From positions 39,317-103,316 of the forward strand of contig CBFIJD010000007.1 of NCBI GenBank assembly GCA_965662845.1: a stretch of DNA of 64,000 bases. Reading direction: 5' to 3'. The notes beneath the pieces are model-generated. The model searched no databases. It saw nothing but the letters and a program-made list of their open reading frames with translations, and was not told the DNA's origin. Below, piece by piece: positions 22,097-31,122 of the stretch. This DNA is from an uncultured bacterium (GTDB taxonomy: Bacteria > SAR324 > NAC60-12). Both the position numbers and the translations under genes were made by a program. Every line of letters begins with the position of its first letter. Position 1 is the stretch's first letter.

Positions 22097-23686
22097 TCAA
22101 CGCTGCGGAGCGGCGTATTTCGCAGCAAAGGGGGTCGCGCCGGCTTGCTTCTGCACGCGCTCGTTGGCAGCGAGATGCTCCAGCAGCTTGAAGAGCGTCT
22201 CGGTTTGTGAGGAGACGTCTAAGGCCGCAGCGAGTTCTTCTAACGAGCAGTAGCGCTGCGGCTCGGAGCGCAGCTGTGCCAGCAGCTTGGTTTGTAAGGC
22301 AAGCACGTCACCCGCCGCTTTTTTTCCCGCCTCAACTCCCGGCTGATGATAGGCGTTGATGCCAATGAGATGAGCGTAGATGCCCACGGCCCGCTCAAAG
22401 AGCGCGACCAACGCGCCCACCGTCTGTGGCGAGACCTCGTCCAGGGTCAAGGTGATCGACTCCCGCTGCTGTTCGTGCAGCGCTTGGCGGGTTCCCAGCA
22501 AGAAGCCGAGCAAATAGTCACCCGAAGTGACGTCCTCTTCCACCTCTAGCGCCTCCCCTCGTCGATCTTTGAGCACTTCCAAAAACACAACGAAGAAGTC
22601 ATTTCGTCCATCGCGGAGCTGTTGCACGTAGGCGTGCTGGTCGGTGGAGCCTTTGTTGCCATACACCGACAGCCCTTGCTCGACGAGGTCACCGCTCAGG
22701 TTGTGGGCTTTGCCGATGGACTCCATCACGAGCTGTTGCAGGTAGCGGCTGAAGAGCAGCAAGCGGTCTTTGTACGGCAGTACGACCATCGCCTTGTCGC
22801 CCCGACCGTTGCCCGCGTACCACCACATCAGAGCTAGCTGTGCGGCGGGGTTTTGCTTGGGGTTGGGGTTGCGCCCGTGCTCATCCATTGCCTTGGCGCC
22901 GGCGAGCATCGCGTCGAGGTTCACGCCTTGGAGCGCGGCGGGGAGCAGCCCGACGGCTGAGAACTCGGACGTGCGCCCCCCGACCCAGTCCCACATTGGA
23001 AACGTCGCTAACCAAGCTTGCTCGGTCGCGAGCTGCTCCAGCTGGCTCCCTCCGCTCGTCACGGCGATGGCGTGGGACGCGAAGTTCAGCCCTGCCGCTT
23101 GGTAGATGTGCTGAGTTTCAAGCATCGCGTTGCGCGTTTCTGCGGTGCTCCCTGACTTGGAGATGACGATGCAAAGCGTGCGTGCCAGCTCATTGTGCAG
23201 CGCCGCGAAGACGCTCTCAAAGCCGTCGGGGTCGGTGTTGTCCAGAAAGTGTAGCTGAATTTTCGACAGCGGAGCGCGCATCGCCAAGTCCACGAATTGA
23301 GGCCCGAGCGCCGAACCCCCGATCCCGATCACGAGCACATGTCGGAAGGGTTCCCCCTGTTCGTTGGCGAGGTCACCTTTGCGAACCTTGGCCGCGAAGG
23401 TGTTCACCTGCTGTCGTGTCTGGTGGATCGCGTCTCGGAGCTCTGCGTTGGGCGCTCGCTCGGGGTCTCGCAGCCAATAGTGCCCGACTCTACGCTGTTC
23501 GTCGGGGTTGGCGATCGCGCCGCCTTCGAGGTCTCGCATGTGCTGCAGAGCGTTCTCCAGCGCGGCAGCGTGGGTCTGCCAAAAGGAAGCTGGGAAGTTC
23601 ATGCGGGAGATGTCCAGCGCGATGCCGGTGCCCGAGAGTGGCAAGTAATATTCCTGAAAGCGATCCCATCCGGTTGGTGATGTCAT
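22097..23686 (-). CDS. pgi: Glucose-6-phosphate isomerase
   Basis: GIGGSALG, SKSGST.ET, VGGRTS, QQLVMES.GK and HQPGVEAGK motifs. Confidence 0.97.
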   Translation of the reverse strand: MTSPTGWDRFQEYYLPLSGTGIALDISRMNFPASFWQTHAAALENALQHMRDLEGGAIANPDEQRRVGHYWLRDPERAPNAELRDAIHQTRQQVNTFAAKVRKGDLANEQGEPFRHVLVIGIGGSALGPQFVDLAMRAPLSKIQLHFLDNTDPDGFESVFAALHNELARTLCIVISKSGSTAETRNAMLETQHIYQAAGLNFASHAIAVTSGGSQLEQLATEQAWLATFPMWDWVGGRTSEFSAVGLLPAALQGVNLDAMLAGAKAMDEHGRNPNPKQNPAAQLALMWWYAGNGRGDKAMVVLPYKDRLLLFSRYLQQLVMESIGKAHNLSGDLVEQGLSVYGNKGSTDQHAYVQQLRDGRNDFFVVFLEVLKDRRGEALEVEEDVTSGDYLLGFLLGTRQALHEQQRESITLTLDEVSPQTVGALVALFERAVGIYAHLIGINAYHQPGVEAGKKAAGDVLALQTKLLAQLRSEPQRYCSLEELAAALDVSSQTETLFKLLEHLAANERVQKQAGATPFAAKYAAPQR

Positions 23687-23819
23687 CGAGACCTCCATGA
23701 GAGTTAGAAAAAGCAAGACACAGAATTTGAGACGTAATTTGCGATTGACGCTGGTTTTTGTTAGCGTTCCTTTCTTTTTTCACCCCTGCAAAATCACACC
23801 CTTGCCCGCCTGATCTCGC

Positions 23820-24221
23820 ATGTCTGAAGAATTGGAAGCCCTACTCGAACGCCAGCAACGCCAACATGAACGTCTTGAAGAACTAAAGCAACGCACCCCA
23901 CTGTCCACTTCTGGAGACGACGCTTTCCGCTATCAGGACGCCAGCTATGATCTTCACCAGCGAGACGACGAAGTGTTTCTCAGCATCGACGTTCCTGGGG
24001 TGTTGGAAGAATCGGTCGCTTTTGACTTTCAGGACGCCGCCTTCTTCGTGACGGGTGAGTTCCCCGCCTCTGAACCAGACCACGCGGTCTGTGTGCAACA
24101 AAACCGCCTACGGGGGCCGTTTCGGTATCAATTTTTGTTGCCTCGCCCGGCCCAGCGGTTTGAATCGTATCAAGAGAATGGTGTTTTGTATTTACGCATT
24201 CAGTTGCAGCCTGAGGAATGA
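23820..24221 (+). CDS. Divergent Hsp20/alpha-crystallin domain protein
   Basis: IDVPGV, GPFRYQFLLP and YQENGVLYLRI motifs. Confidence 0.7.
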   Translation: MSEELEALLERQQRQHERLEELKQRTPLSTSGDDAFRYQDASYDLHQRDDEVFLSIDVPGVLEESVAFDFQDAAFFVTGEFPASEPDHAVCVQQNRLRGPFRYQFLLPRPAQRFESYQENGVLYLRIQLQPEE

Positions 24222-24224
24222 CTT

Positions 24225-24371
24225 ATGCCCAGAATCTTACGTAACTACTTGATTAGTTTTTTGATTATCGGCACTTTGCTGGGCATCATTCACGCGTTGG
24301 ACTTGTATTTCAACCCTCGTGAAGCCACATCCCCAACTCCGGAACCAACGGCAACCGTCCCGCAAAATTAG
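24225..24371 (+). CDS. Small membrane protein (48 aa; absent from the ORF track)
   Basis: MPRILRNYLISFLIIGTLLGIIHALDLYFNPREATSPTPEPTATVPQN; GAGG RBS; exactly fills the gap between hsp20 and fxsA. Confidence 0.65.
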   Translation: MPRILRNYLISFLIIGTLLGIIHALDLYFNPREATSPTPEPTATVPQN

Positions 24372-24746
24372 ATGACAGCTATCGTTTGGATCGCGCTCAG
24401 TCTGCTCTTGCTGATCGAGACGCTGCTGCTGAGCGTCCTTGCGCGCTCTTTGGGCAACCTCAGCTTGTTTCTGTTGAGCGGAGTGACGGCTGGAGCGGGC
24501 TTGTGGTTGATGAGAGGCGAGGATTTTTCGCTCTGGACTCTGGTCGAGACTGAACTTCAGCAGCGGCGGCTGCCGACTACAGAGCTCTGGGACGCTCTGG
24601 TGCTCTGGCTGGCTGGAGGTCTTCTGGTGGTGCCCGGCTTGCTCTCGGATGCCATCGGCATCGTGCTCACGCTTCCCGACATTCGCTCCACGTTGGTTGA
24701 GCGCTTGGAGCACTATTTTCGCCAACGCTGGCGGGCACCACTCTAA
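24372..24746 (+). CDS. fxsA: FxsA family membrane protein
   Basis: LIE and AGGLLVVPGLLSDAIG motifs. Confidence 0.8.
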   Translation: MTAIVWIALSLLLLIETLLLSVLARSLGNLSLFLLSGVTAGAGLWLMRGEDFSLWTLVETELQQRRLPTTELWDALVLWLAGGLLVVPGLLSDAIGIVLTLPDIRSTLVERLEHYFRQRWRAPL

Positions 24747-24772
24747 CAAAACTCCCACCACAGGAACCTGAT

Positions 24773-26548
24773 TTGCGCAATCTATGGCTCTCTATAGCGT
24801 TCTGGGCAATCTGTGCGCTCTACAGCCCTGCCCTCGCTGCGACACCAGCTGCGGGAGAGGGACCCGACGGCGCCGAGGTCTTGCAGCAACTGGAAGAAGA
24901 GTTTTTGCGACAACAAGCGGCCGAAGCTGCCGCCGCGTTAGCACAAGCTCGTGCAGCAGCATCCGATGCAGAGGCAGTGCGTTTTTACAAAGAGGCTGCT
25001 GAGAGAGGAAACGCTGAGGCTCAACTAGAGCTTGGTTTGCTCTATCGGCAACGTCGAGGCATTCAAGAAGAATTTCGTGGCAAAACCCGCTTTTCGATTG
25101 ATCCCAAAGCGTTCGACTTTTTGTTCGCAAGCAAGATGGATCAACAAGCCTTTCGCTGGATCAAGGCCGCCGCCGACCAGGACATCGCCGCCGCTCAATA
25201 TTATCTCGCACAGTTCTATCAACGCGGCATCGGCGCTCCCCGCGACAGCGAACGCGCCGAAGAGCTGTTTGCGCAGGCTGCAGCAAAGGGCTTTACCCCA
25301 GAAGACGCCGTTGATTTACTGAAAGTTGAGTATGATGGGGTGGTGCAAGTTATCTCCGAACCAGAATTGGAAGTCGCCGAACTCTCCGAAGTGGAGGCTG
25401 CCGAAGTGCAAATCATTAGCACCACTCCCGACAAAACAGAGATCGTCAGCGGCAACTTTACGGTCACCATTAGCGCGTTCAGCCCCCTCCGCTCCATCGT
25501 CATCAACGAACAAACGCAACCACTCGATAATGGCAGCTTCGATGTCACCTATTCTCTGCCCTACGAACTCGAGATTGGAGAAAACTATTTTGACCTAGAA
25601 GTCGAGACCGAAGCCACCCGCATTGAGCGCGAAATTATTATCTTTCGCGAGACCGAAGCCATCAAAAAACCCACCCCCAAGCCCCCCTTTCAACTCATCA
25701 CCATTGTGGGACACACCGAAGACACAAACAGCGGCAGCGCGCCCGACGGCGCAGAAAAAATTCGAGCGCTCAAAAGCAACATGGTGCTCGTGCCGAGCTA
25801 CTCCCATTACATCAACTATCGCAACACGTTTGACATCAAAGGGCTCATCACCACAGATCGCCAGTGGATGGAGTCCCAGCGCAGCAAAGAGATCCTCTTG
25901 CGTCAGGTCTCTTTCGAGTGGGTGCGCAAGTATACCGCGCTGGGCGACCTCACGACTGGAGTGGGAACCAACCAACTGGGGCTCCGCGATGTGCCTGAGA
26001 CCAGCCCCCTCCGTGACGGCTGGAGCTCAGACTTCCGCAAAGTCTCCGCAGACTCCTTTCTGTTCGGAAAATTCAAGCTCGAGACAGACAACGAGGTGAC
26101 TTGGCAAGGAAAACTAGAGCACAAGTGGAAAAACGCGGAAGGCTCCACAACGGACGATGGCGTGGCAGACAAACTCGAACTCGGGAGTGATTTCTCCATC
26201 AACGATTGGAAATACGGCGGGAAACTCAGCTATACGCTCACAGACATCCAAGATGACAGCAAAGACAAAACCGATCTCAAAGCCTCTTTCGAGGTGGGCG
26301 TCCCCACAAAACCCGTCGCCCTCAAAATCGGGCACGACTGGTCTCAATCTGAAAAACGTCTCGAAAATTCGGACGGTGTACGGCAGAAAGATCGCAAAAA
26401 TGTCACGAGCTTAGGGTTCACTTATCCCTATGCCCCGTGGCTCATCATCAATTTTTCCCGCAAGTTAGAACAAGCAACTTCGAACCTAGCGAACAAAGAT
26501 TACTGGAAATACCAAACTGCGCTACAGCTCACCGTCATCTACAAATAA
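24773..26548 (+). CDS. Exported protein: Sel1-like repeats + Ig-like segment + probable outer-membrane beta-barrel
   Basis: TTG start, signal peptide; AAERGNAEAQLELG and AADQDIAAAQYYLA Sel1 repeats; C-terminal amphipathic beta strands ending LQLTVIYK. Confidence 0.7.
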   Translation: MRNLWLSIAFWAICALYSPALAATPAAGEGPDGAEVLQQLEEEFLRQQAAEAAAALAQARAAASDAEAVRFYKEAAERGNAEAQLELGLLYRQRRGIQEEFRGKTRFSIDPKAFDFLFASKMDQQAFRWIKAAADQDIAAAQYYLAQFYQRGIGAPRDSERAEELFAQAAAKGFTPEDAVDLLKVEYDGVVQVISEPELEVAELSEVEAAEVQIISTTPDKTEIVSGNFTVTISAFSPLRSIVINEQTQPLDNGSFDVTYSLPYELEIGENYFDLEVETEATRIEREIIIFRETEAIKKPTPKPPFQLITIVGHTEDTNSGSAPDGAEKIRALKSNMVLVPSYSHYINYRNTFDIKGLITTDRQWMESQRSKEILLRQVSFEWVRKYTALGDLTTGVGTNQLGLRDVPETSPLRDGWSSDFRKVSADSFLFGKFKLETDNEVTWQGKLEHKWKNAEGSTTDDGVADKLELGSDFSINDWKYGGKLSYTLTDIQDDSKDKTDLKASFEVGVPTKPVALKIGHDWSQSEKRLENSDGVRQKDRKNVTSLGFTYPYAPWLIINFSRKLEQATSNLANKDYWKYQTALQLTVIYK

Positions 26549-26567
26549 AGTTTCCACAGGACTCCCT

Positions 26568-27599
26568 ATGCCGTTTTTTCAAAACACACAGACTTGGTTC
26601 TTCACGCTGCTCTTCAGTCTGGTGTTCTGCTCCATGCTCGCCCCCGCGCAAGCGCAGCAGCGCGGACAACTCGTCCTCGACCAAGGGCTCGTGAAAGTCA
26701 GCAACGGCAGCCGCGTTCGCATCTACAACGAACCAGGCACCACCGTGCTCATCGAAGTGGGAGATCAAATTCACACGGCTCGCGACTCGCAAGTGCGACT
26801 GGTCCTTAGCAGCGGAGATGAAATTGTGAGCTTGGGAGCCAACACGGTCTTTCAAGTGGACGCAGCAACCGCAGAGGATAGCAGCACCCGCCTGCTAACA
26901 GGCGATCTTAAATTTGAAATCAACCCCAATCGCCCACTCGTGAATGGCAAAAAGCGCCAGTTTAAGATCCGCACCGTCACCGCCGTTGTAGGGGTCCGAG
27001 GCTCCGAAGGCGATGTCGGGTTCGATCCCTCCACAGGAGAGACCTCCGTCGTAGCGGCCGCTGGAGACATTTATGTGGTTCCCCCCGAACTGGAAGGAGA
27101 CACGCTCGCCGAAATTTCGATTCCACCTGGGCAAGACGTGAGCTTGACCCAAGAATCGATCAAGCTACCCGGCGCTGACAAACCCGTCTCTAAAGAGGAA
27201 GCCGTCGCTCAGACACGCGAATCGAACAAACAAAAACAAGAAGAACCGCAACCGCAAAGCGAACCACAAGCCGGCGATGGCGCGCAAGCTCAACCGCAGC
27301 AAGAGAGCGGTGGAGAATCATCAGCGCCTCCCGCTGAAGGGAGTGGAGAGGCCGCCCCAGCATCAGATGAAGCCCCAGCTGCAGATGCTCCGGCCCCGAT
27401 CGAAGAACCAGAAGCGGTCGAGGTCGAAGCCGTCGAAATCGAAGAAGTCGAACTCCCCGACCTCACCGAGATTGAAGAACTGGCTGCAGAAGCTGAAGAG
27501 GCCGCCGACGAAGCTCTCGACGCCGTAGAAGAGGCCATCGACGAAGACCTCATCGAGAGTATCCGCGAGATCAACATCGAGCTGAACTATACGGAGTAG
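26568..27599 (+). CDS. FecR-domain exported protein with long acidic C-terminal tail
   Basis: GDQIHT..DS.V.L, LGANT and IRTVTAVVGVRGS FecR signature; signal peptide. Confidence 0.8.
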   Translation: MPFFQNTQTWFFTLLFSLVFCSMLAPAQAQQRGQLVLDQGLVKVSNGSRVRIYNEPGTTVLIEVGDQIHTARDSQVRLVLSSGDEIVSLGANTVFQVDAATAEDSSTRLLTGDLKFEINPNRPLVNGKKRQFKIRTVTAVVGVRGSEGDVGFDPSTGETSVVAAAGDIYVVPPELEGDTLAEISIPPGQDVSLTQESIKLPGADKPVSKEEAVAQTRESNKQKQEEPQPQSEPQAGDGAQAQPQQESGGESSAPPAEGSGEAAPASDEAPAADAPAPIEEPEAVEVEAVEIEEVELPDLTEIEELAAEAEEAADEALDAVEEAIDEDLIESIREINIELNYTE

Positions 27600-27600
27600 C

Positions 27601-28800
27601 TTGGACCCTGCCTCTATTCCGCTCTCCAGCGAGAGTGTCGAGAGACTGCTGGAGAGCAAATTGCGCTCAGAGCTCGCCTCCTTACGGCGGTCTTCTCCTC
27701 TCGACCTCCCTGATTTGCACATGGAAGAATCCTTCCACGACTCCTCTTGGCAAGTCACGATCACCGAAATGGCGGAGTTGCTGCGGCGGCTGCATCTGAT
27801 GTTTTCTCTCTCCTCAGAAGTGATCGCCCAGATGGCCGCTTATCCCTTTTTGCGTTTTTGGACGCAATCGGTTCGAGAACAGCTTCACGCGACGCGAGAC
27901 TTACAGTTCCAAACCTCTGGCAGCACCGGACACCCTAAGTTTCAGCAGCACACGTGGGCTGCGCTAGGGCAAGAAGTTGACTTTCTCACCACGTTGTTTC
28001 CTGCCACCAAACGCATTGTGCGAGCGGTGCCTTGTCACCACATCTATGGGTTCCTCTTCACCCTGTTGCTGCCACAACGGCTGGCGGTGCCGACCGTCGA
28101 AGCGCGAACATGGAGCCCCAGCAAGCTGCAGCAAGCCCTTCAGCCAGGCGATCTGCTCGTTTCACATCCTCTGCACTGGCAGAGTTTCCAGCGCTCGGTG
28201 ATGACCGTACCCGCTGGGGTCACCGGAGTGACCTCGACCGCGCCCTTTTCCTCTGCAACTTGGCAGCAACTTCAGCAACAAGGTCTGCAGCAAATCGTGG
28301 AAGTGTATGGCTCCACGGAGACCGCCGGCGTCGCGTGGCGGGAACAACCTGAGGACTGGTTCACGCTCTTTCCCTACTGGAATTGGGATCCTTCTGCTAA
28401 CGTGCCGACGTTGCGTCGCGCGGAGGAAGCCGCTGCGTTTCCGTTGATGGACCAAATCGAGCTGCACCCGCAGGACCACCGCCGCTTTCGTCCGCTCCGG
28501 CGCAGAGATGAAGCTGTGCAGGTCGCTGGACACAACGTCTTTCCGAGTCACATCGCGGATCGTCTCAGAGAGCATTCACTGGTGGAAGACTGCGCCGTCC
28601 GCTTGATGCGCCCAGACGAAGGCAGCCGCCTCAAAGCGTTTGTCGTCGGCACCGGCAATCGCGTCTTGGAACCTGCCGAGCAGCAGTCTCTGCGCGCGTG
28701 GATCGCGTCTCAACTCCCAGCCCCGCAACAACCCAAATCCCTGCGTTTTGGCTCGGAACTTCCCCGCAACGACGCCGGCAAACTCACCGACTGGACATGA
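27601..28800 (+). CDS. pcl: 4-coumarate-CoA ligase, photoactive-yellow-protein activation family
   Basis: FQTSGSTGHPK, VPCHHIYGFLF, EVYGSTETAGVAWR, RRDEAVQVAGHNVFP, AVRLMRPDEGSRLKAFVV and LPRN..GKLTDW; stop overlaps the TAL start. Confidence 0.85.
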   Translation: MDPASIPLSSESVERLLESKLRSELASLRRSSPLDLPDLHMEESFHDSSWQVTITEMAELLRRLHLMFSLSSEVIAQMAAYPFLRFWTQSVREQLHATRDLQFQTSGSTGHPKFQQHTWAALGQEVDFLTTLFPATKRIVRAVPCHHIYGFLFTLLLPQRLAVPTVEARTWSPSKLQQALQPGDLLVSHPLHWQSFQRSVMTVPAGVTGVTSTAPFSSATWQQLQQQGLQQIVEVYGSTETAGVAWREQPEDWFTLFPYWNWDPSANVPTLRRAEEAAAFPLMDQIELHPQDHRRFRPLRRRDEAVQVAGHNVFPSHIADRLREHSLVEDCAVRLMRPDEGSRLKAFVVGTGNRVLEPAEQQSLRAWIASQLPAPQQPKSLRFGSELPRNDAGKLTDWT

Positions 28801-30377
28801 CCCCCATCTCTCTTCAAATCGCCGACCAGCTGCCCATCGCGCAAGTGCGGAATTGGCTCTGGAACCCGCCACAACTGCAACTCTCTGCTGAAGCGGCCGA
28901 CCAACTCCGTCAGGCTGAAGCCTTTCTGAACCGACAAATTCAGGCCCGCAAGCTGATTTATGGGGTGACGACCGGCTACGGCCCGCTGGCCTCCGAATAT
29001 CTGGAGCCCGCGCTCAGCACCGAGTTGCAACGACGCCTGATCTACCACCTCGCGAGTGGCGTCGGAGAGCCCTTCTCACCAGAAGAATCCCGCGCCATTT
29101 TGTTGGCCCGCTTGCAAAACTTGTTGCAAGGGCACTCCGCCGTGCGTGTGGAGGTCGTGGAGCAAATGATCGCCTGCTGGAACCAAGGCCTGCTGCCGGT
29201 CATGCCAGAGCTAGGAACCGTCGGGGCGAGCGGAGACCTCACCCCGCTGGCCCACTTGGCGCTGGCGTTGATGGGCGAAGGCGAGTTTTGGGAGAACGCC
29301 CACCGCATCTCTGCGCGGGAAGCGCTCGCCGACTACGGTCGCACCCCGCTGGAACTCCACGCTAAAGACGGACTGGCGCTGGTGAATGGTACTTCCGCGA
29401 TGACGGGTCTCTCCCTATGGAACTCGGCTTGGTTCCATCGGGCGCTGGATTGGGCGCTACGGCTCTCGTTTGCCTATGCAGAGATCTATCGCGCTCGCCG
29501 CGAAGCCTTCTCGCCGCGTGTCGGGGAAGCCCGCCGGCACCCAGGACAAGTGGCGATCCATCAGCAGCTATGGAGCTGGGCCCAGCAGAGCCAGCGACTG
29601 CAACCATACGCCGGAAAGGTCGCCAACCTGCCGCGCGCAGACACTCCGACAGATGGCATCTGGCACGCACAAGCGCTCCTGCAAGATCCCTATTCGATTC
29701 GCTGCTTGCCGCAAATTTTTGGCGCCATCACAGATGTGCTGGCGTTTCACGACACGACAGTAGAGCGCGAGTTCAACGCGACGACAGACAACCCGCTGGT
29801 TTTTGCGGAAGGCGAAGAGATCTTGCACGCGGGCAACTTTTACGGACAACACGTCGCGTTTGCCGCAGATGCGCTCTGCAACGCGGTGCTGAAGTTGGCA
29901 ATTCTGGCCGAACGACAAGTCGCTCGCATCACAGATGTCCAGCTCAGCCCGCCCGAGCTACCAGCTTTCTTGCAACCACATCGGCTGGGATTGAACAGCG
30001 GCTTTATGGGCGCGCAAGTCACGGCGACGGCGTTGGTCGCGGAGCTGCGCACGCACGCGATCCCAGCGTCCGTCCAAAGTGTCGCGACCAACGCGAACAA
30101 TCAGGACGTCGTGAGTATGGGGACGATCGCCGCGCGCAAGGTCGCGCGGTTGCGTCCACGGGTCTTTGAGCTGCTGGCGGTGGAAGCGCTCGTGCTGGCG
30201 CAAGCCTTAGAGTTGTGCGGGGTTGAGAAAACGTCGGCGGGCTTCAGCCCTGTGAGTCAGCAGATTTGGGAGGTGGTGCGTCAAGAGTCGGAGTTTCTGA
30301 GGGAAGATCGCCCGCTAGCGCCGGATCTCCAACGCGTTGCGGGGCGATTACAAAACACTGCTGCGAGTGAGGCGTAG
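28797..30377 (+). CDS. tal: MIO-dependent aromatic amino acid ammonia-lyase, tyrosine-specific type
   Basis: IYGVTTGYG catalytic Tyr loop; A144-S145-G146 MIO in GTVGASGDLTPL; His84-Leu85 selectivity motif (YHLASGVG); NQDVVSMG. Confidence 0.85.
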   Translation: MTPISLQIADQLPIAQVRNWLWNPPQLQLSAEAADQLRQAEAFLNRQIQARKLIYGVTTGYGPLASEYLEPALSTELQRRLIYHLASGVGEPFSPEESRAILLARLQNLLQGHSAVRVEVVEQMIACWNQGLLPVMPELGTVGASGDLTPLAHLALALMGEGEFWENAHRISAREALADYGRTPLELHAKDGLALVNGTSAMTGLSLWNSAWFHRALDWALRLSFAYAEIYRARREAFSPRVGEARRHPGQVAIHQQLWSWAQQSQRLQPYAGKVANLPRADTPTDGIWHAQALLQDPYSIRCLPQIFGAITDVLAFHDTTVEREFNATTDNPLVFAEGEEILHAGNFYGQHVAFAADALCNAVLKLAILAERQVARITDVQLSPPELPAFLQPHRLGLNSGFMGAQVTATALVAELRTHAIPASVQSVATNANNQDVVSMGTIAARKVARLRPRVFELLAVEALVLAQALELCGVEKTSAGFSPVSQQIWEVVRQESEFLREDRPLAPDLQRVAGRLQNTAASEA

Positions 30378-30387
30378 CGGGGAGACG

Positions 30388-31023
30388 TTAGCGATTCGGC
30401 TGCGGAGTAAAACGTAAGTACGGTTTGATCTCCGTGAAACCTTTGGGGAATTTGTCAGCGGCTTCGCTGTTGCTCAAGGACGGAACAACGATGCAGTCAT
30501 CGCCATTTTGCCAGTCTGCTGGAGTCGCGACCGCGTGTTGATCTGTGAGCTGTAGCGAGTCGATTACGCGTAAGATCTCGGCGAAGTTGCGCCCTGTAGA
30601 AGCCGGGTATGTCATCGTCAGACGCACTTTCTTCGCTGGGTCAATGATGAAAACGGAGCGAACGGTCAGTGTGCTGTTGGCGTTCGGATGAATCATGCTA
30701 TACAAATTCGCGATGTGCCGGTCAGGGTCGGCGATGATGGGATAGTTCATCTCTGTCGCCTGCGTTTCGTTGATGTCTTTGACCCAGCCTTCGTGTTCAT
30801 CTAAAGAATCCACGCTAATCGCAAGCATCTTCACATTCCGCTGTTCAAACTCTCTCCGCAGCTTTGCGGCTGTACCCAATTCGGTGGTGCAAACCGGTGT
30901 GTAGTCTTTGGGGTGCGAAAATAAAATTCCCCAGCTGTTCCCCAGCCACTCGTGAAATCTCAATTCTCCGAAGGTTGTCTGCGCGCTAAAGTCGGGGGCT
31001 GTGTCGCCAAGTTGCATCGTCAT
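30388..31023 (-). CDS. 1-Cys peroxiredoxin (Prx6 family)
   Basis: FSHPKDYTPVCTTE and YPASTGRNF motifs; AGGA RBS before MTMQLGD. Confidence 0.93.
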   Translation of the reverse strand: MTMQLGDTAPDFSAQTTFGELRFHEWLGNSWGILFSHPKDYTPVCTTELGTAAKLRREFEQRNVKMLAISVDSLDEHEGWVKDINETQATEMNYPIIADPDRHIANLYSMIHPNANSTLTVRSVFIIDPAKKVRLTMTYPASTGRNFAEILRVIDSLQLTDQHAVATPADWQNGDDCIVVPSLSNSEAADKFPKGFTEIKPYLRFTPQPNR

Positions 31024-31122
31024 TCCTGCTCCTGAGTGGTTGGGGTTGGTGTGGCTCATGCTCTGCTGAGCCGAGGGATAGTCTGCATGATCAAGGGAAC
31101 GCGAGCCGGCGATGGCAGGCTG

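Noticed and set aside
28797..30377. Histidine ammonia-lyase HutH
   Set aside because: The selectivity motif is HL rather than SH, there are no hut genes nearby, and it is coupled to a coumarate ligase
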